Assembly (NCBI GenBank): GCA_051362555.1
Contig: CM120640.1
Coordinates: 36,227,967-36,291,966, forward strand
Reading direction: 5' to 3'
Source: Lingula anatina
Lineage: Eukaryota; Animalia; Brachiopoda
Length of the DNA: 64,000 nt
In this document: positions 29,386 through 41,230 of the stretch, one piece after another
Numbering within the stretch: the first letter of the stretch is position 1
Layout of the letters: every line of letters begins with the position of its first letter
Made by a program: the position numbers and the translations under genes
Notes under the pieces: generated by a model
Told to the model about the DNA's origin: nothing
Databases searched by the model: none
What the model saw: the letters and a program-made list of their open reading frames with translations, nothing else

Positions 29386-32210
29386 CCCAGACAGCCTCAG
29401 TGATCTGGCCCACGTCTGGCCCAGATCTGGCAATGTCTGGCAAAAGGTATGGCCCACATATGGCTTGCCACATGTGGGCCAGATGTGGCAATGTTTGGGC
29501 CAGATCTGGCCCAGACATTGCCACATCTGGCCCAGTCCACATTTGCTCATATGGCCAGATGTCGGCCCAGATCTGGCAATATCTGGCAAATGTATGGCAT
29601 GCCAGATGTGGGCCAGATGTGGGCCAGATCATATTCAAATGGGCCAGATTAGGGCCAGACATGGACCACATATGGCCCAGAATGTTTTTTTTCTTCTTTT
29701 TTTAAATTATTTTTAATTATTCAATAAGATTACTATAAAAAAGACATACAAGATTCAAGTATTTATTCTGTGCTAAAACCCTAAACAAAATTATTACACA
29801 TTATATAACCTTGCTGGCAACTAACATGTAACAAATTAAGGGTCACTCCTTGTCTTTTTGTACAAAACAATGTATATTTGAAAAAAAAAAAAAAAAACTA
29901 CACTGCAAAAAGGTAAATATACAGACACTTAACAGGAGGAAATGTCACTTACATACATGTAAAGAAAACAGTTATAACAACAATTTTTTTTTCAACACAA
30001 AGCTGCTCATCGAATCTGAATTAACACAAATTACAAAAAATTGTAATTAATTATGCATGTACATGGGGGAGGGGTTTGAGGGGGAAATATTCTTGCACAC
30101 ATTGTCATTTTTAAACTAATTCAAACATATCATTAATAATAATAATCACTAATGAATATAGTTTTGTAATTAATAAATCTTGAATAATAAATGAAAAAAC
30201 ATTGTTTTTTTAGATGATGGTGAGTTATAACAAAATTATAAATAACCATGCAGTAACTGTTTCAATTCAATTTGCATGCTGGCTACAGTACTGTACATAC
30301 ATGTAAATTCTGAAAAAAAAATATGTATACTCCAGCACAGATATAGATGTACAATTAAAAGAGAATAACATGTGCACAAAAACAAACCCCAGTATCAATG
30401 CTTTTGAATTAAATCACATCATGAATCAAATCACTCAATGAATTGAACCAGTTTGCAATGTTTGCGCTTTTTTCAAATCCATAACACTAAGAAATGATAC
30501 ATCCGGCTCCTTGACAAGCTTGTAATTATTAATGGAATCAACAATATGGAACAAGTAACTCTACCAAGTTAACAACAGTTCATTCAAATGTCAAGTCAAA
30601 ACACATATCCCTTCCTTTCTTGGACAGAAACGGTCCTTTCAAAACAAGTTTATTGACAGTTCAGTCTTTAAAATGTCCTTTCAAACATTTGCAGAATAGC
30701 ATATGAACTCCAACTTTTATTCCTTAAACCACACTGAAAATTCTCAAAACTAATCAACTCATATCAAATCCCATGTCCTTTCACTACTACTGGTCTCTTC
30801 CTTTACGTCACATTCAAATGTTCCCTTCACTTTTAAAGGTTTCTCAGACGTGTATGAATAATACTGTTTGTTTTCTAGTCCTCCACAAGAGCCACATTTA
30901 TTTTTCTTGGATTTCAGCATTCTCCATGTATTTTCATCAATGATATTACAATATGCACCTGAATCTGGTAATACACTGAGATTAACACCGCCTCTATTTC
31001 CTCCATGTCTTCTGTGTTTATTGCATTGGTTCCCACACCAAATGTATATGCACTCCTGGATTATCATGTTCAAAGCTGTCATTTACATGAATAATAGTTT
31101 CAGTTTTGCAGACTTTTGCAAAGTGATCCAACGTTCCATGTTTTCTCAGTCAGGGAGTTTCTACTTCGTTTTTCATGTCTAAACTCATAATGTTAAGACT
31201 GGCTTGGTTTGTCAAATGACTTCGGTTTCATCATACTCACAGTTTCTGGTGTTCCAATTTCATTCAAAGCGTTAACTGTCTTATGTATATTCATGTTTCT
31301 AACCTGTGTTTGGGAGAGTCCTGAAAATATCTTGTACACCTGTCCCTGCTGAATACAACATAAGCGCGCGTCTCCTCTGTCATGTATTTTTAATTTTCTA
31401 TCTTTGTTCATTATTCATGCCGTCCGTTGGTTTTGAAAAGATCAATCTTTTCCGTCAGCGAAGAGGTTAAAACTTTTTTAGCCATCGCGTCGAGCGTGAC
31501 CCTAATGTCTCCGAACTTCTGTACGGTTCGAATTCCGTAATTTCACATTTTTCCTCCATTTTTTCAAAGAAAGTTGGCTCACAGTTTTGCACTAGTGTTA
31601 ATCCTCGTCGCCAGTGTTGATGCCTTCGAAATAAATCGCATCACGAATCAAATCACTCAACGAATTGTATCAGTTTGACACGCTTGTGCTTTTTTCATAT
31701 CCATAACTCAAAGAAACACTACATCCGGGTCTTTGATCGGCTTAGCATAAAAAGCGGAATCTTACAACAGCGGAACGAGTAGTTCTAAAAAGTTTTAGAA
31801 CAGTGAATTCATTCAAATGTCAAGTCAAATTAAACAAATAGCACACTTATGAGGGGACTTTGAAGAAAAGAGAGAGAGATAAATTAAATCAAAATTTATC
31901 AAATGACGTCAGTTCAATGCATTCAGCTCACTGGTCAAATAAAAAATAAATAAATAGAAAATAAAAATTGAAAATGAAAGTACCATATCTGGCCCAAGTC
32001 TGGGCAGCATCTGGCAAAATGTGGCATAAATGCCAGACTTTGCCAGACTTGGCCCAGATCTGGCAAGTGTCTGGCAAAATGTGGCATAAATGCCAGACTT
32101 TGCCAGACTTGGCCCAGATCTGGCAAGTGTCTGGCAAAATCTGGCCCAGATATTGGCAGACGTTGCCAGATCTGGGCCAGACGTGGGCCAGATTACTGAG
32201 GCTGTCTGGG
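29386..32210. mobile_element. Non-autonomous TIR DNA transposon, CACTA/EnSpm (CMC)-like, with arrays of subterminal repeats
   Basis: TIRs CCCAGACAGCCTCAGT(G/A)ATCTGGCCCACGTCTGGCCCAGATCTGGCAA are nearly identical over about 55 bp. AT flanks both sides (2-bp TSD). Many roughly 11-bp CCAGATCTGG-type motifs lie at 29400-29680 and 31985-32195. Confidence 0.8.
30393..31836 (-). mobile_element. Internally deleted Gypsy LTR retrotransposon relic nested in the TIR element
   Basis: Two diverged direct repeats of about 215 bp (31615-31836 with TG...CA ends, and 30393-30605). PBS TGGCGACGAGGATT at 31600-31613; polypurine tract AGAAAGGAAGGGA at about 30608-30620; aspartic protease relic VLPDSGAYCNII in ORF 30759-31082. 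Confidence 0.85.
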
Positions 32211-32285
32211 ATATCTTCAAGTGAATAACTTCAACATTTTAATTTTTAGTTATTTATCACACTTTGAATATACCTCCAAATCTCT

Positions 32286-32440
32286 TTATTTCGCCTTTGC
32301 CAGTGCTGTGTTTAGTTCCACTTATCTGTGAGTTTGTCGGTTAGTAACATTATTGAAAAGGTGTGGACGGATTTTGCTGAGATAATTTGGAAACTGTCAG
32401 GGGGGGACCAAGTAAGAGACACTTAAATTTTGGTGATAAG
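32286..32440. mobile_element. Fragment resembling DINE/HINE-type Helentron-associated elements
   Basis: TTTATTTCGCC...TCTGTGAGTTTGTCGGTTAGTAACATTA...TGGACGGATTTTG...TTAAATTTTGGTG follows the remembered layout of widespread aquatic-animal HINE-like repeats. Confidence 0.4.
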
Positions 32441-32664
32441 CCATTAACTAGTCAACAACTGCAAGCCACAGTATGCTAAGAGTTATGAAGGGAATAGGAA
32501 GAAAATTTCATGACTGGTCTGAAATGGATTCTGATGGTGATTAGTTAATTAATTATATAATAATTATAATTAGAATTGAGTTTATTTATTAGTTAATCAA
32601 TAATAATGAAAATTGAGTTAATGAATAAATTTATGGATTTGCTAAAAAATAATAATAATGAGTG

Positions 32665-33427
32665 TTAGACCACGGTGGAAGTAAAGAACAAAACACTCAG
32701 GCCTACCCAACTACCAGATTCGGCACCTAAGGATCCTGAATTAACCGGTATATCGGACCACACTACCCGTTTTCAAGGTGTGTGTCAGATCGCATTTCGG
32801 AGTATCAGCCAGAACACCGACAGGATGAGCCCTGGCATGCTCAGCTGTCACTTTGATTGGACAGTAAACGATTGTCGTAAAATCGCTATATGATTTTAAA
32901 ACGGGGCGCATAAATTTGAAAGCCACCTAGATGAACCTAAGACTGCCACATTAATCTAATACTATGCAAAAAAGCCCTATCAAAAGTGGTAAAAACATTC
33001 AAACCTAATGTCGTAAAGTCCCCATATACCCCCATAGAGACAATAAAATAGAGTACTCTAAAGTAAGAGTACAGTTTCAGGTTGTTCAGCCGAGCGTGGA
33101 TGAGCCCGCAGTCGTGCTACAAAATTTATTCTGGGGTATGATACTCCGAAATGCGATCTGACACACACCTTGAAAACGGGTAGCGTGGTCCGATATACCG
33201 GTTAATTCAGGATCCTTAGGTGGCGAGTGTGGTAGTTGGGTAGGCCTGAACACTCAGACTTGGTGTAACTCGCATAACCGCACGTCTAGCATGAATGCGT
33301 TATAACCCGTTCATGGACCGTGGTCTAAATAAGATAGAGCCCTCGTCAGCGGGGGTTATGTGACATCCACTCGTGCTACACACTCGTGTATGCCACATAA
33401 CCCTCGCTGACTCGGGGTCTATCTATT
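32665..33427. mobile_element. Crypton-like non-autonomous element with two adjacent palindromes, interrupted by a MITE
   Basis: Inverted pair TTAGACCACGGT (32665) / ACCGTGGTCTAA (33317), immediately followed by a second hairpin with roughly 38-bp arms (33329-33427) and CACTCGTG repeats in its loop. Confidence 0.5.
32698..33248. mobile_element. MITE with about 110-bp near-perfect TIRs (CAGGCCTACCCAAC) and a 6-bp TSD AACACT
   Basis: The arm at 32698-32810 is the reverse complement of about 33138-33248. AACACT lies directly on both sides, and CpGs are retained. Confidence 0.88.
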
Positions 33428-34457
33428 ACTAACATACCATTCTGCATCAGAACACTTACCTGAGGTACTAGTTGTAAGCAGTTGTTACTGAAAACATGCT
33501 TCCCGTATTACAGCGAACAGTTTTGCCTATTGGTACCCTGCCAGCTAGCTACATTACATAATTCTTCCACTTCTACACTACTCTTGTCACTTCACTTCAC
33601 TTCTGGACAGAGGGACAGGCCAGTGTGTTGACAATTCTGCTGACATCTGATTCTACTTCCACTTCAATTCTGAAGCATCACACCAGACTTAGTTTTCTAC
33701 TAACTACAGTATCATGCCAGTAGAGTTTACTTCCCCGACTTTAGAATAAAATAATAATAATAAAGCAAATTTTATCTAAGTAGTTGTTTTCTATACTACA
33801 ATGATCATTGAGCTGTCCAGAAGAGGTCTGTGCTCTCTGGTCCGGGTGCTTTTCTGGTTTAAAATTGAAGTTTCTACAAGCGAATGACAACAAATCTGTT
33901 AAAGAGTCTACCTTTATTGTTTTCAAAAACGTCATATCATGGATGCCAACTTAAAAGAAAATCTACAGTCCAGATAATTTCATAACTAACTTTTGAAAAA
34001 ATTGTAAGAATACATTACAGTTTGCCCCTTTTTAACTTGCAAGATATGCTGTTACAGAAAAATTTAAGGATTATTTAAAAAATAAGATTGGTCATGACAA
34101 TCATATTGATGAATTATTATCCTCATTTACACAAAAAATATGTAGAAAATAAAACAGTAAGTTGTGAGATATAAAATAACACTTTCACATGATCAGGAAA
34201 AGGTGTTTTTGACATTTCATCATTTGGCATCTTGATAACCCCTATTCTCAAAATTAGAAGAGATAGTTTCATAAAAATTGGGTCAAAATTATGATCTTAA
34301 TTAGTTTTATGAAATCCTTTCCTCAATATGAGAAAAAATGCTTCACAACAGACTTGTACTCATAAAAGGCAAGCATCTAGAAATATTTAAATGACTCTTA
34401 AAGGCATGCAAAAAAGTTCTTTAGCTTGGTAGTTGGCTCATAGGTTGGCCACACAAT

Positions 34458-34616
34458 AACGATATGAAAGTATTTCAGCTTGTATTTTATAATTATCAGA
34501 TATGACTCTTAAAGATAATTTATGTAATTAAGACAAAAACGATATGAAAGTATTTCAGCTTGTATTCTATAATTATCAGATATGACTCTTAAAGATAATT
34601 TCTGTAATTAAGACAA
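34458..34616. repeat. 80-bp tandem duplication
   Basis: AACGATATGAAAGTATTTCAGC...GTAATTAAGACAA occurs at 34458 and 34538 with 2 mismatches. Confidence 0.93.
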
Positions 34617-35507
34617 TAAAATCTTTTATTCTTATTAGTTCCAGTTGGTCTAAAAGCTACTCCCTGTAGAAGGAAGTGGGAAATATTAGTATGTACAAAT
34701 ATTGCTGCCACAGGATAGTCCAATAATTAACTACATCATGCTGGCAAGTGGTAAGACAAGAGTCGAAATACATGCTCCTCCTTCACTGTCAACCTCCAAC
34801 TACTTGATCAATGCTCTTTTTTTTAGCATATCTGCAACACTATTTCAACTTCTCTGCAAAACGGACGAAATTCACTATAACCACTGTGCATGATGCTTCA
34901 TCTTGGTCTAAGTTTTTTTTTTCTGCAAGTTGTTAAATCATTCACAAAAGTAGGAAAATTGAGCCTTGGTGTATCTGCCAGTGTTATGTAAGGCTATGTC
35001 ATTCTGAAATGAGAAAAAATAATGATCAAATAAGATTGCTACAGAGTCTATAAGATAAAATTAGGTTTTTAAAAATCTATTGATAAATCATGAATCAGGT
35101 TAGAAAATACCCAGCTAAATTAATAAGAAATGTACCAAAGCTTTATATTAATTTTCTTAAATGTGACTTTTTTACAAGAAGTTACTAATTTTTTTCTAAT
35201 TTCTAATTCCCAAGCTACTAATTTTTTCTAATATTTTATTGCAATAAGTTGAAACACATTTGCTCCTCATAAATAGTGGTATGCCCCTAAGATATGGCCC
35301 AATGAGTGTACATGGAAATAATACAAAAAAGAAAAGAACTCTGGGGAAAATATTAAAAAGAAGAAATATTATTGTAACCACTTGACATTTCGGATGAATT
35401 AATGTCTAAATATTGGTTTCCAACATAGCTGATTATTTCTGTTTTTTAAATTTTCTTCAAAATAAATTTCATTCATTTCACATTCAAGAAAAAGTTGTGG
35501 TACCTAA

Positions 35508-38452
35508 TTAGAAGTTAGAGCCCATTCCACCTTGGTTACGGGACCCTGAGAACTGGGCCCCATCATCTGTATGGAGTGCCCCTGCCCCCGCGCCAAAGCC
35601 GCACCCCTTGGGACCAAACTGTCGGGCATAACACTTTTTACAGAAGATCCAGCCATCATGGCATGCCAAGTTGTTGCTGTCCAAGTTGGTCTTACACATG
35701 CCTATATAAGGAAAGCAACATGCATGTGTTAGTCACCACAGATACAGTTGCCATGACAACAAGGTTTGACACGAAGGCTTGATGAGGATCAAGAGAAAGC
35801 ACATCATGTCAACTAGAACATCAGAGAGATTTTGTAGTCAAATTTGTCATCCATTTTGCATTCTGTTCAGCAAAAAATTTTTCTTTTTCATCAGGTCACA
35901 AAAAATTGCTAAACCAAGTTTTTTCATTGACTTATAAAACCATAACCATAATGTTAGGAAATCGAGTAACAAAACAAAACAAATAATACAGCACAGTAGG
36001 ATAATAAAAGATGAAAAGTGTAAAAGAAAGCTGAAAAATAAGAAGTTTAAAGTAGAAAAGACATCAGGAGCAGTACAATAAACAAGCAATGGCCTAGCGG
36101 CAACACTGTCACAAAAAGAGTCCTAGAAAAAAATAAAACTTATCCTTTTGGTGCATGACCCAAGCAAGGTTAGTGTTAAGGTGTGCATGAGCTAGGTTTG
36201 AGTTCTTAAAGCCAGTTGCCATGGATACTGGATAATAAATGCTGAAGCTGAGCAGCTAGATTGTATGGAGAATGCAGTAAGTTATTTCACCAAATTCAAA
36301 AATGTCTTAATCAAATTTTATAGCCTCAACAACTTATGAACATTCAGAAGCCAGTAGCCAAGGTACCAATGCTTTCACTATGTTAACCAAGAAGTAGCAT
36401 ATATTCACAAATGTAAATTAGCTGCTACTTTAATGATAAAGAGAAATCAAAAGGTAAGAGTCCTATAAAAGAAACAAGAGTAGTGATAAATGAATGGTGG
36501 GTTTCTACACCTGAAAATGTCATGATCTGGAGAGAAAAGGGGAATTGTCGGCAGGGCACAGTTTATACACACAGCAGAGGGCACATAGGTCTCCATACAA
36601 ACCAATCTTACTTCTTTGTGCCAAATTTTTTGGCATGGCATGTTTTACACCATATCCACCCATCCTGAGCATGCATTGTGCTGGTATCTAGTGATGTACT
36701 GCACATGCCTGAAAAGTAGATGGTGTCATAATGAGCAAAAACACAAGTTACTAACTTCAGTGACTTTATACAAAACACTATAAGCTTTTTTTGTGACACA
36801 GTTTCACATAAAGGTACACTCTATGGGTCTAAAAATCCACCAAATGGTTATTTTTACCATCCACAGATTCTTATAAAAACTTACACCATCAAAATGATTT
36901 AACCCCTTTTAAATAATTTTTCTAGAGTATACCAGATGATGAAATTTACATAAGACCTTATAGGGACATGGTCGCTGGTTCAAACTAAGTCAACCTTTAT
37001 AAATTTAATTAAAGGTCAAATCCTTGTGTAGAGAGGAATAGATAAATGATTCATGAGAAAGAGAAAACTGCTTATTTCCCCAGTAAAATTCATTTTGACA
37101 GGAAAATCCCATTAAGTTGCCCTTAAAGTACTAATAGGTCAAGATTTGATTTTGGGCTATTTTAGGATAAATTTGTAGAAGCCTGCTAAAATATAGCAAC
37201 TACCAGTCTAAAAGATTGCCAACTTTTTACTTTTGTAAAATCAATTTTTTATCTTGGATCAAAGTAATCAAAGAAGACTAAATGTTTTGGACTTTGACTG
37301 TAGAACAACTTCTGACTTATGTTAATTCTGCAAAACTGTTCGAATGTCTGTGCTTAGTATTGTCTCAAACAAAAAACATTTCGAACATATTTCTTCATTC
37401 ATATTCTTTTTATGGTGTATTTATACCATGTTCACTCATAGAGTTCTATGATATTTGATCAACATATTGAGTAAATATTATAATATTCCTTGGATATGAA
37501 TGGTCTTATCATATCCCAATATTAGCACAACAATCAAAACAGGTAAACTGTAGAAATAAGTACAATAATAAAAGACCATTAAGGCAAGAAAATAGTCTGA
37601 GGTTGAAAACTTGAGCTTCAAATTTTTCCTGCATTGTAAGCAGATTTACAACAAATACAGGACAAGACCAAATTGACAAATAGAAAAAACTTGACAGAAA
37701 AAGGATCATGGAATAAAAGTAGATTTTTTTCACAATGCAGTGGATGAAACACAAAAGCTAGGTGATTGTGAAAATAAAGGTGGATCGCCAATCCAACTTA
37801 CTAGAAAAAGAAAACATGGCCCAAGATAAACTGCCATTACCCTGAAACAATTTGATAAGCCTTTTGAATAGCAAAAAAAAAAAAAAAAAAAAAACACTTG
37901 CATTATAGATTTATTTCATGTATACAACTGCATTAGTTACATCACATTAACAACAATATAAATTATGTTATAGTAACAACCAAATTATGTACATTTTACA
38001 TGATACAGCCAATTGTACATGGACCTGATGGAAGCGTCCAACATTTTGCAGAGAGGGTTTTGTTTTTTTAAATCCTTTTACCAGTGCAGCATCTCCTGTG
38101 CATACTGTACATTAAAATAATCAGGTTTCCAATAGTATTTATCTATTTATTTATTTTTGAGAACCTGATCAAGGAAGCTTTGCCCAAACCCCCTTAAACC
38201 CCCCCCCCCCCCCCCCACCCACCCACCCACCCCCCAATCACGCTGCACATACTCCTGTAAACAGTACAGGAATAATTTCTCAGTACACATATTGGGAACA
38301 CCTATAGGAGTAAATTAATATGAAAACAACCTCAACCTACCACAGCGATAACATGCTTTATGCCATTTAAATCCAGCTCCGCTTTTTTCCTCAGCAGCAT
38401 ATACAGATTTCTCACATGCTCTACACTTTGGAGCAGCTACAGGTTTAAACAT
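35508..38452 (-). CDS. Single-LIM cysteine- and glycine-rich protein (CRP/muscle LIM protein family), isoform B, 101 aa
   Basis: Exon 38341-38452 ([37 protein letters not shown], phase 1) joins exon 35508-35701 ([43 protein letters not shown]). This gives a full LIM ligand set plus the Gly-rich repeat. Confidence 0.9.
36608..36708 (-). CDS. Alternative second coding exon (isoform A) of the single-LIM gene
   Basis: Acceptor TTTTCAG|GCATG, phase 1. Encodes [33 protein letters not shown], paralogous to the 35508-35701 exon. A GTAAG donor overlaps the stop at 36611. Confidence 0.8.
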
Positions 38453-39937
38453 GGTGGAATCTGAAAAAAAAAAAGAGAATAAAAATACTATTCCCATGAT
38501 ATCACGTTTAAATTCTTTTTGAAGCTACAAAATAAGAAGAAAAAAACCAAAAATGTTTAGTTACCCTGCAATTATTTTATTCAATATGCTAACCACATTT
38601 CTTAAGATAATTCTTCACATATATTTTTTGTCTTTTTTCTTGCACTCTAATGAACCCATAATACTTAATCATAAGTCAAAACATTTTTCCAAGATAAATG
38701 CCTCAATAACCAAGTGCCCCTGCCCTTTTACCATCACCTCAGCTGTTCAATGCTGGATAGATAAAACAGCTGTCAAAAATAAACCTTGACTAACTGATCT
38801 ACCTGTCAGCTAGATGAGAATTATTTTCATATATCGCTCTTTACAGTTCATGTTCTAATGCTTATAAAGTTTTCACCGAATTTTGCTTCAACTCAGTGCT
38901 GACAATGATTCGGAATTAAAAGCACAAATTCATCTAGAAATGTTACATTTTAAAATGTCTGTCTACACAATGAGTCACGTATCCTGCATACAGTCAGTTA
39001 CCAAGAATGCTATCAGGCTTGCAAATATTCACATCTGAACACATCTTTCACACTATCCAAACAGATAATGTCTGTTTCTTATGTGCCATTCCATGGATCA
39101 TCTAAAATGCAGCTAAGCCAGTTTGCTATTTGATATTTCCATCACTTCAATTAACACTGACATGACAAATAGTCTGCATACTATATTCCAAGGGCCAGGT
39201 GTAAAAGTTCCATCCCACTTTTCCAGTAAATATTTTTATAACAAATTTATGAGTAAATGAAGTTAGTCTGAAGCATGGCAAGATGACTAATTTTATCTAT
39301 AATTTAGGGTGTTGGCTGTGTGAACCATATAGCCCAAATTCAGCACAAAACTAGCAGTAATCAAATTGTTTTCCATACAGACAAAAAGAGATTTTTGTTA
39401 AACAAAATTTTACTCATGGAGCCAGTTCAGGCACTTTGGCAAATAAATAATAACCCATGTAAAGCCTAAATCTTCAAGGTTCACAGTACAGCTGAAAATT
39501 CAAATGAAACATCACTATCATATATTACAATTATAATACCAAGCTAACGATCATTTTTGCTCGAAACATGATTGTTTAAACTGACAGCTTTTAGGCTCTG
39601 AAGTAGACAATGAACTACAAGCTTTTATAATAATGTTAATAAATAAATTGTTCCGGTTGGATGACTAAAGATTATAGCAAGATATTATGAACATGGGTTG
39701 GACAACTAGTATTAACGATTTTCTATCATAAACTAGAAGAATAAAGATAAAATCACGCTGTATGACTGCAGCACAAACACATTTGAATACTTAAAAATAA
39801 GCATTTCCCATGCTCAAACACAACCAACACAAGTGCGTAAGAAGCCGATTCCAGCCGGTATTAATAAGATAATTCCTATTGATGTCCACTGTTTTAACAG
39901 AAATAGCCCTTACTTTTATTAGAAAGTTCAAACATAC

Positions 39938-40020
39938 CTTCAAAGATGCAAGATGAAACTCCTTCGCTTTTTTCTTTGTCTGTCTTGCCTGAAAGACAGC
40001 AGTGCGCCGCTATTCGGTCA
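39938..40020 (-). other. Probable non-coding first exon of the single-LIM gene
   Basis: Donor GAAG|GTATGT at 39938/39937 at the edge of a CpG-richer zone (about 39.95-40.45 kb). A matching acceptor lies at 38460, just before the ATG. The 5' boundary is approximate. Confidence 0.55.
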
Positions 40021-41181
40021 GGTATTTGAGTTATTTTTGCACACTGCTTGTTCCCTCATTCTGTATATGGACATAGAGAAGAGTGAACGCCACCTGGTTG
40101 AGCAGTGTAACTGAAGCCTGTAAATAGCCGCAGCCCCGCTGGAACTGAACTTGCCTCTCCTCTTATTATCCCGAGTTAAAATCGTAACACTCTAAGTGGG
40201 TCACAGATACACGCGTTTTAAATTAGCCTTAACCTAGTAGGGACGCTATTTGCAGAGGGAAAATGTTTTCTTTGCGTTACGTTAGTTGTCTATGGACTGA
40301 TCAAAAATAAGAAAAAAAAAATTCATGAACGTAACGGAGTTTGAGCGATCGATTGCTGTAGGTGTGAATGTTGTCAATGCATCTAGTCCGTATTGCGACT
40401 TGATGTGCTTTTCATCACAACACAGTTACTGCCCAAGGCGTCTGTACGGGTAAAAAAAGCTGTGCAAGATACTAAGGCACAAAATGTGACTTTGGCATTC
40501 ACATTGGTTTTTTATCCTGTTTTCCTTTTTCAAAATCCATTTTGGTCCTGAAGATTCTTTAAAAATTGGTATGAAGGCATTTGTTTAAGAACCACACGGA
40601 GTGAAGTTTATCTTGTTTCAGAGTTCCTTACGTCTTAAGAAGTCTGGACTGTAGAATTGGAATATATATATAAAAAAAAAATCTAGAATCAAGATAAAAA
40701 AACCCTTTTTTCACAAACGAATCCTTTCCTATACTGCCCAAAGGGTGCACGGGAAAGGTGTGTCGTCTTGGGACTGTGCGTACACAATGTACTTCACGCC
40801 ATTCGCCGTCCTTTTGTTATTTGAAATAAAAGAAAATTGAACCCCTAATATTTATCCCCCCACCCCCATTTACGTCTCTCAATGAAAAGGCAGCACTGTA
40901 GAACGCGTTAATGCATCTTGTGCTGTCTAAATACGAGCCATAAACGCGTAAGGGTTGCCCAAACCCTCTAGGTAATTAGCCTGTACTTTTATCCCAAAGG
41001 CATCTTACATCCAATTAAAATAATGTAAATGATACCTCTGCTCGAAAAAATGGCATTTGGAACTCAAAAGAGGTTTGAAAGCATGCACTAGGGCGTTGTT
41101 TGGGATGCCACGAAATAGTTAATTGCCTTTTTAGCTCAAAAAAAAGAAAAAAAAACGTTAGACAACACATTCAGACCTGTA

Positions 41182-41184
41182 GGT

Positions 41185-41229
<45 letters not shown>
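41182..41229. repeat. (GT)n followed by a poly-G tract
   Basis: Directly visible; about 31 consecutive G. Confidence 0.95.

Positions 41230-41230
<1 letters not shown>

Noticed and set aside
29400-29680. Regularly spaced palindromic repeats that look CRISPR-like, and the overlapping WARSGPDLA-type ORFs here and at 31909-32228
   Set aside because: There are no unique spacers or cas genes. They are subterminal repeats of a TIR transposon, and open frames in many phases are a repeat artefact.
35847-36089. Hydrophobic, membrane-protein-like short ORF (similar ones at 37509 and 42837)
   Set aside because: The F/L/I bias comes from T-rich intronic or UTR sequence, with non-ATG starts and no domain.
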